DNA from: Lingula anatina
Taxonomy: Eukaryota > Animalia > Brachiopoda
Direction: 5' to 3'
DNA length: 64,000 nt
NCBI GenBank assembly: GCA_051362555.1
Contig: CM120642.1
Coordinates: 15,128,001-15,192,000, forward strand
Numbering within the stretch: the first letter of the stretch is position 1; each line of letters starts with the position of its first letter. The position numbers were made by a program, and so were the translations under genes. Of this stretch, positions 14,701-26,094 are shown in pieces. Below the pieces are notes generated by a model. That model was not told where the DNA came from, did not search any database, and saw only the letters and a program-made list of their open reading frames with translations.

Positions 14701-17700
14701 TTGTATGTGATTTCAACCTGTGCACTTCCTGTTTTTCACTTGAATATAAAATTATTCGCCCGCAGGTCGAAGTAACATTGTGGACAATGTTCGTGTTCCC
14801 GTTTTCATTCCATTTAATCCTCATATATGTTTGGGTCTTAACCCAAAACGCGTTTGAGTCATAGACAAAAGCTAGAAGTAATAAATTAAGGTATTTTTAA
14901 CGGAAGTCGACTCTCCTGAATCTTACTTGAATGTCCACACTTGCTTCACTATTCCAGATATTACGATATCAGCCAAGCCTAACGTCAGCTGCGACTTTGA
15001 TGGTAACTTTACTAACTTGTGTGGCTTGGCAGACAAGTCCAATACGGAATTCAGCTGGCTTCAAGGCAGTGGGTCTACGCCTTCCATAGGCACAGGACCG
15101 CCTTCTGATCATACAAAGGGGTCAATCTCGAACCAAGGTTGTCTTATCAGTCCTTCATGGTTTAGATATAGTTTAATTAAATTGCCTTTGGAGATAATCC
15201 ATACTTCATTTCATTTGCTGCTTGACTCTTATTCTTAACTATTTTTTCGTAGTTTTATTTGTGCCCACTATCAAAGGTGCGGGTATATGTCAATTTTATT
15301 ATTTTGCAGTGGCTTTAATATGCAACATAATTTAAGCATATCTACAGCTAATGTCTTAGAAGATTTTATATACATATACACTACTGCAATTATGCATCAT
15401 GTAGTTCTTTCTATACTCCAGGATACTATATGTACACTGATGGCACCAAGGGGTCCTCAGGAGACAGTGCTAAACTGGTGGCGCCCACTATCCAAAATAC
15501 CTCTGACGTTTATGACATAGCATTCTGGTATCATATGCACGGTTCTAATATTGACAAAATGAATGTTTATGTTAATACGAAGGCCAATACCAAGGTTATA
15601 TTATGGGAAAAACAAGGCGACCAGGGAATGGAATGGCATTATGGGAAAGCCACACTGTGGACAAATGGCAGTTTTAAGGTATAGCCGGTGCATATCTCAT
15701 GATAGCTTCTGTACATATAGTTAAACTTAAAGATGAATTTTTGAAGTAACTCCCACTTAAACAACGCGCGCGAACTGGCAATAAATAAAGAAATAATTAC
15801 ACTTTCTCTGCATCAATGTCCATTCTGTGTGGTGAATGGTCATTAATTGAAACTGTTATCAAGTAAGCCTAGGTTATGTTCTCAGTTTTTTGTTTGCTTG
15901 AAACTTTTCTTTTGTGTGACTTTATTTTTGTTTATATATATATATGATTTTACGAATAATTTTCTTCTATCACTGGTGCATGCTGTCTGAAGTGGTTTGA
16001 TTTTATATGGTCCGTATTGATTTCACTGTAGGTGGTGTTCGAAGCAATCCGCGGAGACGGCTACAAATGTGATATTGCATTAGACGACATATACATAGGG
16101 CCGTCAACGGGTAAGACACACAACGATTTCTACCATTTTCACACTTACATTATGCTGATCATACAACGTGCTTAAAAATTAATTTGGGTTGCCGTTTTAA
16201 ATCTTCACTGTAGGCTATTTGCTGTTTCTGAACTCTGCTAAACATACATGTAAACGCATTTTGCGTCACTTAATGTTATTCATTCATTTTTGTGTTTATA
16301 TGCGTGTTGTTATTGACAATACAATTCATAATCTTACGTTACATGCGCGAGCAGTTCCCGTCATCACGAACCTGACTTGTACTTTTGAAGACGGTTTCTG
16401 CGGGTTGATATACGACATAGATGAACACATGATGTGGACATTACGTCAAGGGCGCACCCCTAGTGTAGCTACAGGTCCCAGTACAGATCACACCCTCTTC
16501 AACTCACTGGGTAAGGTATATGTGTATATTTCTTGCAGTACTTGGTAGTGATTTTTAGCGAGTTTGACAGCATTTCTTCGTTCAGTTGCCGTCAGAATGG
16601 GACTGTGTAGGAATATTAGGACTCGAAAACATCCATAGATATCAGAAAGTCTTCCTCGATTCGAGGGACTACCACTAGTAGCCACTGTGTTGTAAAAGTT
16701 ACATTATTTCAATCCCATAGACATTAATATTAACCATTCAGATTTTCATTTTTAGCAGATGGTTAAGGAGAAATGAAAAGCATTTTCAAACGGTCTGTTT
16801 GTTATTATTTTTACCGGTGATGAAGCAGTGATATGTTTTTCTTCCAACATCAATTATATATAGAATATGAAAAGTGAGGGGCAAGTGAACGAAAAATAAC
16901 ATCAAACTACCAACGTGTGTTGTTGGAACAAATGTAAATGTCAATAAACTTTAATGGTGTGTCACACTTTCAAACTAAGGAACACGGAATTACGTTGCCA
17001 GTATCTTTCCAGGACATTATATATACATTGAGAGTAGTCAAACTGGAGCCAAACAGGGGCATTCGGCAATATTGAAAACAGCACGACTTCGAGGCGGCCA
17101 GTCCTACGCTGTGAGTTTCTGGTATCATATGTTTGGACAAGACATAGGGAGCTTGGCGGTTTACACCGAGGGACTGGACCAAGTTGTCGACTGGAATGCG
17201 TCTGGAAATCACGGTGACATATGGCAACACGGAAGGATGGTAGTGAATGCCTCAAACGATTTTCAGGTAACATTTCCATAACCATTGGCATATCTTTGAA
17301 GCTTTGGCAAAGATGTCACATGTACCTGAAACACGTCGGTATGTTGTCTTGAGTCCGTGGTTTGTCTCTTCCCACAATAGCTCCGCCATCAGAACAGTTC
17401 TGTACTTTTGCTTTGATGAATTGAGCCTGTGGAGAATAACTGCACTATGCACTAGTACAACATGTAAGTCCGTCTAAAAAGAATGAAATTACGTCCTTAA
17501 CATTATTAAAGAAATCACAGGAAAATGAGGCGTACCTGTTTAGCCTAAAAAAGAATTGATATTTGTTTGATGGTTTACTCCAGCTTGTCTTTAAAGCCAG
17601 CCGAGGCGAATCTTACAAGTCAGACATTGCACTAGATGACATCACAATTCAGCCGTTCAGTGGTGAGTTTATCTACTGTTAGAATGATTATCAATCAAGG

Positions 17701-20700
17701 GTACTTGAACAGCATCATCTTTCTGTATTCGATTGAGTGAATGTGTATAACTCTGAACATTCTACATGGTTGTTTTCCCTCAACCATAATGGACTTTTCA
17801 ATTTTCAAAAATAAAAGTTTGTTACAAATCACTTTTCTCTAAACCCTGCAAAATATCGCTTGGTCTCAGCGCGCACAGTCGCCAGGCTGGGCTACCCGGG
17901 ATAATTTCCCATGGAATCCTCAGTTGAACCAAGCGCTTTATATTAATAGATTAATTTGTTAATATATAGATTAATATATTAATTAATAGTGGCTTTGTGC
18001 CATTTTCATTAATCTATAGGTTCGCTCCCTCCTTTCACAACCCCGGCTCCTTTAAACGTGCAGGTCCGCCTGGCCGGTGGTCTTTATGAGCATGAGGGAC
18101 GGGTGGAGGTGAACTACAGAGACGTCTGGGGCACCATCTGTGACGATAGCTGGGACGTTAAGGACGGCAAAGTGGTGTGCAAAATGCTTGGTTATAGGTG
18201 CGTATAGAATGTTGGTTATCAGTTATTAGACAATAGATATGGCGTACGAGCCAGACACCTCCCACACCACATCCCCACCCCCATTTCGCTAGTTTTTTAA
18301 TGGTTAGACCCACTTTTTGATTGCTGCGCACGTAGTAAATGTAACAGGATTTTGTAACAGATTTATTTTCTCTTGCCTATACATTGCATTCTCAGCAATC
18401 AGTAGATCAGTTATGTGAATTGAGTACTAATTGAGTACACGATGTTTTTTCACGTGTTCTTGCATTCACAAGCCTGGAGTTTGGTTATTTATTTATTTAT
18501 GTTAGTATCGGTTTTGTTGCTTTCACATATCCGGTGAAGAAAGAAATACGAACATTACGAAAAATCCTTTTCACATTTGGCCTTGGAGAAGTGTGGCTTA
18601 GCCAGTCACCACCAAAAAACTTTACCACAATTTTCAAACAAAGACAAACTGACCACTTTACCCAAATATGCAATAGCAAACTTCAAGCCAACAGTAAATT
18701 GTCTTTCTTCCGTATACTTAACCAAAAGTGTGAAAGGGCAACTTACGTTGATAAAATAACAAATTACGACACCTTGTCAACCCTTGCTAAACTACGTCTT
18801 AGTGACCATAAAATCCACATCGAAACTGGGCGGCACACCAGGCCAAAAACTGAAAGGTGCGACAGAATCTGTCACCTGTGCACCCAAGGGGTAATTGAAG
18901 ATGAATACCATTTTATATTCCAATGCCCTATGTACAAAGCAGACCGAGTCACCTTTTTTTAGTAAAACCTCAATCCTAAAAGCTGATACAAGGTCACCAT
19001 ACAGTCAATTATGTCATGTATTTAACAGTGCCAACAAAGATACTTTAGTGTCCCTCTCCAACTTTATAATCAAATCGTTCAGGAAAAGAAGTGAAGTGGT
19101 TGCTCTGCTTGGTAACTCTTAGCATATCCCTTAAAATGTCAGTATATGGCCCCACTGTTGTGAGAAGTGACTCGGCAGTGGGACTGAACATGTCACAATA
19201 TTTATATCTGTGTAACTTAATTATTTACTTATCTGTCTTATGTAATTGTCATTAATCGTAATTATCTGTGTCATCAAACTGGCTTTAAACAGCCATGTAA
19301 ACAGCTATGTAACTGTGGTTTTAAGTTTAAACATATCCTTTTGTGTGACATGTTTATAGTATGTTTATGGTAAATTTTTAATCACACCAAGGTTTATCTC
19401 ATTGCTTAGATAGAATATTTTATGAGTAATTTTACTAGTACGTATGTTCATTATATAAAGATTATTATTATTATTATTATTATTTTCATTCACAAATGGC
19501 TAGGCAACATAATACCAACTAGAGAAATGGTAACGCACTATTTGTATTGTATTGTCATTAATATATCATATTGTACAAGGTCATGACAATCTATGTACCA
19601 GACTTTACGAAAGGCGTCGGACCGTCGGACATGCCTGGCAAATTTCGTCTCGGTCCGATAAAAAATCACGTATCGTCGGACCTTATGTCCGGCGAGTTTT
19701 CAAACTGACTGGGAATGTGTAAATATAAGGAATATGTTGTTGTTTCTTTTCCGAACGATATATTTTACTTCATTCGAAAAGAGAGACGGGGTGAAAATCT
19801 CGTGGAATTCCCAGCTAATTATACATAATTTATTAACCTCAGTTTCACTCACAAATACTATTTTGTGAGTGGCTGAGGTTGGGGGATTCCTGGATGATGT
19901 AATGTACAGACTCGTTTTCGTTTCGTAATACCCCTACACGACAAAATGGCCGCAGCACATGTGCTCGTTCTATTTGCGTTTTTTTACAGACTTGATCCTC
20001 TGTTTCTTCATTATCAGTCGTAAACAGTAATCATGGATAAGCCTTTTGTTTAGAAAATGACGTTTTTGAACTTTAAACACTTCGTTGGTGCAAAACGTGG
20101 CAAAAATGAAAACGAAATGAGGAAGAGAAACGGAAGTTTACTAAAATTGGACAGAAGGTAGGCCCTGTAGGAGAGGAAAATAGTGTGTGCCGAGTGTCAG
20201 GAGTACTAAAGTTATCATTTTGATCAATAGCAACATAAATGTTACAGCTTTATTATGGGTTCTTAAATTATGGAACATATGTACGTATTTGCATGTACCG
20301 TTCACCACGAGTTGGAGAAAGAGCACATGAACTTGATGAAAACTCACAGTTTGAGTTTCTTTTTATAAAAAAGGAAATAAAATGAAGAAGGAACTTAGAC
20401 TCGGGCTGGACAGTCCCTGTCAAAGCTTCAAGTGGATGAAAGAGACTGCCTTACTGTGCTGTTTCAAAATGCATATGTTATTGCCAAAAACAACGCGTAA
20501 AATGGTTATCTGATTAACAGACGTTTTTGTGGACATACATTTGATATTAATAGCTACACATTCTTCATACTTTTATTGTTTTTAGTCCTTGTGTCATTCC
20601 ACAGCGTCTTTTTCATTAAATAAAAAACAAGTAATTTTTTGTCTATTTTTTTTTTTGTTTGTTTTTCTTTCTTATTTTACTTTTTTGAAAATAAATATAT

Positions 20701-23276
20701 ATATCAAAAATTTAATATTTGATTTAATGTCAGTGATTTAAAACGTTAAAAAATACACATGAAAACATGAATAATGGTTCATATTTCTATTATTTTACTT
20801 CGGTCTGACAGATTTTGTTTCAGTCTGACAGAATTTTCAAGCTTGTCAGACCGAATGTCTGACAGATTTTTTGGCCTTTCGTAAAGTCTGATGTACCAGT
20901 ACAGAAATAAATTGAATTGAATTGAATTGAATTATAATCGCATGTTGAGTAATGTACTAATTAGCATATCCTTTTAGGGGTGTACACTTCATTATTCGGT
21001 ATCAGATCTACTTGTCTGGGCATAGACAAACTTTGTGGTGTGGTTTGTTTTCCGTTCACACCAAATGACACTAGTGTACCCACGTGTTATTTCAGCGATG
21101 CAGCAGCCGTCTACAAAGGCGCCCATTTCGGCGCTGGTTTGGGTGCAATATGGCTGGATGATTTACAGTGTAACGGGAACGAAAGCAGTTTGCTATATTG
21201 TCAGCATGCTGGCTGGGGACACGAGAATTGTGATCACACAGAAGATGCTTCAGTCAGATGCTCTCTGGCAGGTAAACTATGAGAGTTTGTGCTGAATATC
21301 GGTTGATTCAGAAAGGAAGGAATCACTAGAAGCGACCGACTGTCAATATATACAGGGTAGCCTCCAATAAATTGCATGCGTAACTATCACATCGGGACAT
21401 TTTATCATTTTATCATTATATTTAAACTTTTTATCAGGTCCCAAAATCAACTGCGGTCCCGCAGTTGATTTTAAAATCTAGGTATTAAGCAACAGAGACT
21501 ACATATGCGCTATACATCTACCATAACCAGAAGTTTCTCATTGACTTTAATGTTTTGTCGCCTTTCAGAAACAACAACCACAGCTGCGACCACCACATTG
21601 TCTGTAAACACGTCGTGGTGCCTTCCAAATGGTACTGTAAGGGCCAAACCCCACCCTACGAGTTGCCGTGAGTTTCTTTTCTGCTCACGGTCTGGCAATG
21701 TGGTTGTCACACCTTGCATAGCCGGGGACTTGTTTCATCCAGAACGAGGCATCTGTGTCAGAGAGGAGCACATGGCCCAACGGTGTTACTCGGATGGAAG
21801 ACGAAAAACCGGTAAAAGTTGTGTAAAGTAAAATAATCAATGCTTATTATAATGAAATATATACGTCATCCTTCTACTAGAAAGGTACAAATGTAAAAAC
21901 ATATTGATAATTTTGATGAAACAAAAACCTCATCGCAACTTTTTGCGATTTGCTTGGCCCTCAGTACTATACCGTACATGTACCGATACAATTCTGGTGG
22001 TTTGCTTTACGCTACTTCCTGCTCGATTATTCCTAGGGTTTTCTAAATATGAAAATTGAAATTTTGTGTACAGCTTTATTATTGGTTTCATCATTTTCAG
22101 GTGTGCCAATCCAATGCCCTGACGGATGGGTTGAGTTCCAGGCTCGTTGCTATAAGTACTTTGATGCCGTAAGCAATTATGATCGTGCTTTGAATACGTG
22201 TGCGACGTTCAATGGGAGCCTTGTCAGTATACTTTCGCAAGATGAGCAGGGCTTCCTTGAATCTATGCTAAGGTAAGAGGTGGTAACCTTTTTTCCAGTA
22301 CAGGTATTCGAAGCTTTTGACTACAATATGGATATGTAATAAGATATGAACATTTTATTGGCTCTATGCCGGTGTAACAGGAATGGAAGTCCGAGGAATG
22401 GAGGTCCGGGCTCCCATATGATTAGTACAGGTTAGGGTTTGTTGGAGTATTGGGGTTAGTATATGGGACGAATAGCACCTGTACAAAGTAATGGGTGGCG
22501 GACTACGGTTCCTAGCGGACTTCCATTTCTGTTACACCGGCATATAAAAAACATACAGATCGATACAGTCCGATGGGAGGAATGGGATACGTGGACCATG
22601 CCAGTTAGTTTCTGAATTTTTTTTTATGCCGAGCCAGTATTATTGGTATAATGAAGACAGTAGTATATCCACTTATTCAAATTAATTGGCCAAATCGAAA
22701 TGTATCACTTTCATCACAACCGCACAAAGTGTTCTGCATTGCAATTATTACGGGCTGTGGATTTTTTTATTCACCTTTATTGTTTTACTGCAGACGACAA
22801 CAAGACCACAATGGGTAATATGTGTACTTAATATTTTTAAATATTTAAGTTATTAAAATAACATTCTCTGATCTTTTTGCCCAAATGCTCCCATCCTTTT
22901 ATATCGGATATATTCCAAACAAATTATTTATGAAACATTGGCAGCTTCAGGCCGTTTGCCAATGTACAAATTATATTTAACACCTCATTTGAAAAATGTC
23001 ATTTCATGTCATTGTTAACGTATACTCCGTGGAACTTACAGCAACTACACGGGTCCTCCAACGTTCATATACATTGGCCTGGATGATATCGCTGTGGACA
23101 GAGACTGGAGATGGACAGATGGCTCCGTTGTCCAGTACACCAACTGGGATGTCCGAAGTGGTCAGCCCACCAAACTGGACATTGGCGAAGACTGTGCTAC
23201 CATAGCTCCCCATATCCTCTACCTGTGGTATGATAGACAGTGCACGCTGGAATACCCTTTCATATGTAAAATATAA
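4284..23276 (+). CDS. Type II membrane mosaic receptor, ~1,890 aa: TM, betaglycan-orphan-like, SRCRx3, MAM, SRCR, MAM, SRCR, MAM, MAM, SRCR, CBM14, C-type lectin
   Basis: 32 phase-consistent GT-AG exons: 4284-4625, 5171-5503, 5696-5894, 6150-6357, 6648-6820, 7030-7216, 7510-7688, 8358-8541, 8888-9066, 9389-9541, 10385-10647, 10831-10909, 11083-11118, 11346-11478, 12061-12236, 12432-12581, 12852-13108, 13390-13462, 13808-13973, 14354-14529, 14958-15137, 15422-15678, 16032-16110, 16355(or 16352)-16510, 17013-17266, 17584-17662, 18020-18197, 21096-21271, 21569-21811, 22101-22272, 22794-22814, 23042-23276. Total 5676 nt, ending TAA. No signal peptide; a basic KTRRRFK precedes the hydrophobic [28 protein letters not shown] motifs (VRLxGG..EGRVE..WGTxCDD..IWLDD..C..H.EDAxVxC) and MAM motifs (CxFE..TPSxxTGPxxDHT, FWYHMxG, DIALDDI) are present. 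Confidence 0.88.
5171..5894 (+). other. Betaglycan (TGFBR3)/endoglin orphan-domain-like module, exons 2-3
   Basis: Translation [59 protein letters not shown] matches the recalled betaglycan pattern SFTVLSGCASR..EVHVLNL..VTLHL..VVFLLNSPHPLVWHL..KEYGAVTSFT..IYIKVGE. Judged by eye, no HMM run. Confidence 0.6.
9714..10198. mobile_element. Non-autonomous DNA transposon, Academ-like
   Basis: Termini TAGTATAGTGAGATTT / AATCCCACTAGACTA; inner IR GGGGAAAAAGTTGGGAACCA / TGGTTCCCAACTTTTACCCC; 3-bp TSD ATG at 9711-9713 and 10199-10201. Confidence 0.7.
14567..14674. mobile_element. Short MITE with ATAACGTT subterminal repeats (EnSpm/CACTA-like)
   Basis: Ends CCCAGCCAACAC / GTGTTTGCTAGG with several internal TAACGTT repeats. 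Confidence 0.5.
18534..19483 (+). mobile_element. 5'-truncated non-LTR retrotransposon (ORF2 C-terminus, 3' UTR, (ATT)n tail) in an intron
   Basis: ORF 18534-18962 contains [36 protein letters not shown], a C-terminal Zn-knuckle typical of LINE ORF2. It frameshifts at poly-T into 18895-19122 and ends in ATTATTATT at 19461-19483. Confidence 0.8.
19599..20890. mobile_element. 1.3-kb non-autonomous TIR DNA transposon with 6-bp TSD
   Basis: 16-bp TIR CAGACTTTACGAAAGG / CCTTTCGTAAAGTCTG; TSD ATGTAC at 19593-19598 and 20891-20896; subterminal GTCGGAC/GTCTGAC repeats at both ends. Confidence 0.85.
21569..21811 (+). other. Chitin-binding peritrophin-A (CBM14) domain exon
   Basis: [38 protein letters not shown] shows the 6-Cys CBM14 pattern after a Thr-rich linker. 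Confidence 0.8.
22101..23276 (+). other. C-terminal C-type lectin domain (three exons, including a 21-nt micro-exon)
   Basis: [56 protein letters not shown]. Confidence 0.9.
22367..22542. mobile_element. MITE with GTTAGGG core; similar elements at ~33622-33790 and ~40120-40332
   Basis: TIR TGCCGGTGTAACAGGAATGGAAGTCCG / CGGACTTCCATTTCTGTTACACCGGCA, flanked by TA on both sides. Confidence 0.75.
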
Positions 23277-24252
23277 AGACTCGTTGCTGAGCTTTCAAAT
23301 ATGTACTAATGAAAATGGCGAAACAGGACGCGTTTACATGCACTATAGTTAGTTATTTTTATTAGGGTATTCAGTTGAAAAATGAAATATGTCGACTTTT
23401 GGATGCCGCTTACTTTAGTAACTCCTGAGATTTGTGAAAGATAATATTCATGTGAAGGATGCACCTAAGCATTTGCTTGTTTTGCTAGTAAATTCAAGCA
23501 AATGTTGTAGCACCGAAGCACAAAGCAATCCAGTGTTTTTTTATATGAATCTACTATATGTAATAGTTATTTTCCACTGTACCCCGTGAAGTCTTATTAG
23601 ATCTACAGTACAGAAAGGTCACTACAGTACAGAACGGTCACTTCTCGTTTTATATATCCACGTTTTTGTTTTTGTTTTTGTTTTGTTTTTTGGGTCTAAG
23701 TGTAATGTATACAGATACGCTGGTAAATTATGATGAAATATTTCCCATTTTCCAGAATGCATTGAATGTTTTAGTACAGAAGTTGATACATATAATGTTA
23801 ATCGGACTACGAGAATTGCATCGGTGATGGCAGTTGATGTAAAGCATGGCGCAACGAGTTTAAAACGTACTCCGTTGTAAAATATGAGCAATGTACGCTT
23901 TTATATATGTATATATGCATTTATCAAGAAAGTGAAATACGTACTGCAAGTTTAACCATTATGTAACCATGTGCCATATTAAAGATTGGAATAAAAATTA
24001 AATTTTCATTGTAAAATGTTACGATAGATTTAAGAAACAAAAAGAGGCAGTAAAGTAAAAAACACATGCCAACATGCATTGTGGTGTTTGTAATGCAGAT
24101 GTATGCTATGTAAAAGGACTTTGCTCACTTGTTTCGAACATTTAAATCCGAGTTACAGAATATATATATGCGAAAAAAGCAAGTTTGGAGAATGAATAAA
24201 ATGTTTCAATTATTGTGTTTCTTTTATCAAGAGCTTATAAAATATGTGGGTA

Positions 24253-24298
24253 TTACCTCCAATATTTCTGTGACTCAGTCACCATCATCAGGGAGTAA
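24253..24298 (-). ncRNA. Minimal type I hammerhead ribozyme motif
   Basis: Minus strand reads UUACUCC-CUGAUGA-UG-GUGAC-UGA-GUCAC-A-GAAA-UAUU-GGAGGUAA. Confidence 0.7.
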
Positions 24299-24380
24299 AT
24301 GACTAGGGTCATTTCACCTGGAATGAAAATCCAGCTCAATTGCCCCTAATCACTGGCCTTGTTTTGTACAACACAGTCAT

Positions 24381-24428
24381 TTACTCCCTGATGATAGTGA
24401 CTGACAGTCACAGAAATATTGGAGGTAA
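24381..24428 (+). ncRNA. Minimal type I hammerhead ribozyme motif
   Basis: UUACUCC-CUGAUGA-UA-GUGACU-GAC-AGUCAC-A-GAAA-UAUU-GGAGGUAA: stem I, conserved core, stem II and palindromic AAUAUU in place of stem III. Confidence 0.72.
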
Positions 24429-25758
24429 TACCCACATATTTTATAAGCTCTTGATAAAAAGAAAAACAATAATTTAAATTGATACATACAGAGCTAATGA
24501 AACTGTTCTCTCGAATAAAATGTTATTTAATAACAATAACTTGGGCACAGTCAAACGTAACAGTTTACTCCAGAGAGCTTTTAATGCTATTTGGAATCTG
24601 AATAAATTAGTATGAAATAATGGGAAAAGCACGGCTTGTTTTCGTTTTGGTCAAATTACTGGGATAATAACAGGGAGTAATTCGCCACACAACGAAAAAG
24701 TAAATTGCTTCAATAATTAAGGGGTACAACACATATAATGGACGTTTTTGCATCGTACCGTGAATGCGTTTCTCCATTTGTCGTCTCTCGTTATCAGACC
24801 GGTAATTTATCGACGATCACTAAAAGATTCCCCTTGTAAATTACATGTATTTAATTTTTTATCTATGAATTTGCATGAATATGAATTTTAAGTTATTTAC
24901 AGAGTGGAATGACCGAAAAGTGCCTCAAACCATTTCAGGTTTCTATCCCTTGATCATATGAAACTATGTTAACTACTAAATTCATGTACATATATTTGGA
25001 GTGTATTCATTTGGGGTGCGTGTGTTGAAGAAAACTTTCAGTCTCAAATAAAGCTAATTCGAGTAGTGAAAAGCGTTCTATTTTGCAGTATTATGAACTT
25101 AAAGGTATTTTTTTAATTTTGAAAGCATATTCAGAAAACAACACCTAAAACTAATGCCACCTAGAAATTTCATTTAATATTATAATTAATTTTATATCAG
25201 ACCAGCCGTTTTCCTGAAGGTCAACCTACAATGTCACATAAGACTATATACCAAATATGTTCTGTGTAGATTTCGTAAAAAGATATAGCAAAAAAAAAAA
25301 AAAAAAAAGAAATATTAGAAATATATGCTACATGTAAATGCCAAAAATGAAAATTCAAAGGCATGTTACTAAATGATACACAACGTAATAAGGCTCAAAC
25401 CGAACAGCATTTCAAAATACTACTTGTCTATCTAAGATATCGAGGAACAATGTTACAGATCAGCGGGATGAACCATTTGGCAGACAGCCAGACAGACATC
25501 ACTTTCACCAAGTAAATGGCGACTCAGACAGACATCAGTTATTGCTACTGCACAACAATTAAGACAACCCATGTTAAGGTCATTTAAACGAGCGCACTTG
25601 TAAACGTCTAAATATGATAATTTTCTCTTGATACTTATCAGAGATACCGTTCGCATGAGGAAACACGAGTCATTTTCATAGATAATTGATGTTATCTAAC
25701 CGTAAGGAGCGGCCTGCAATTTCTGGCATCTTGGTCAATCATCAAATATCACGATCTC

Positions 25759-25766
25759 TATAAATA
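25759..25766 (+). promoter_or_regulatory. Candidate TATA box of PLA2-like gene A
   Basis: TATAAATA upstream of a candidate non-coding exon ending at 25857 (AG|GTATTT), with an acceptor at 26076 just before ATG 26095. Confidence 0.45.
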
Positions 25767-26094
25767 AAGCTTTTGTATACTGTTTGGCACTCTATGCAGA
25801 GGACTTCTTAATCGTCGGAACTCAGGTTTCCGCAAAACAATCTTAGTTTTGTTTTAGGTATTTTAGGTTTAACATATTTTACGCGTTTTTTTTTTTTTTT
25901 TCTTATATGATTTTCACAAATTTAATGCACGGGGAGAGTATACACGGTACTGTAAAAAGTTACTAATTCAGTGTATCCGCCATAAGTAAAAATGTACAGC
26001 TATTCAACGCAAACTATCAAATATAAGTCAGGTGTGGTCATATTATATGCATATATTTTGGTTTTGTCCTCAAAAGGGAATTGCCTGCGTCGCC

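Larger units (their letters stand above)
24206..24512. mobile_element. Penelope-like element remnant: inverted pLTR-like arms, each with a hammerhead motif
   Basis: ~95-bp inverted arms (24208-24304 and 24375-24473), a ~40-nt extension on the right arm only, and the 12-bp direct repeat GAATAAAATGTT at 24194-24205 and 24513-24524. Confidence 0.7.

Noticed and set aside
22433-22440. Telomere-like TTAGGG motifs (also near 33720 and 40201)
   Set aside because: Single units inside small MITEs, not telomeric arrays.
4284-23276. Assigning a gene symbol such as DMBT1, MALRD1 or enteropeptidase
   Set aside because: No CUB/ZP, LDLa or protease domains seen; only modules are shared, so orthology is unsupported.
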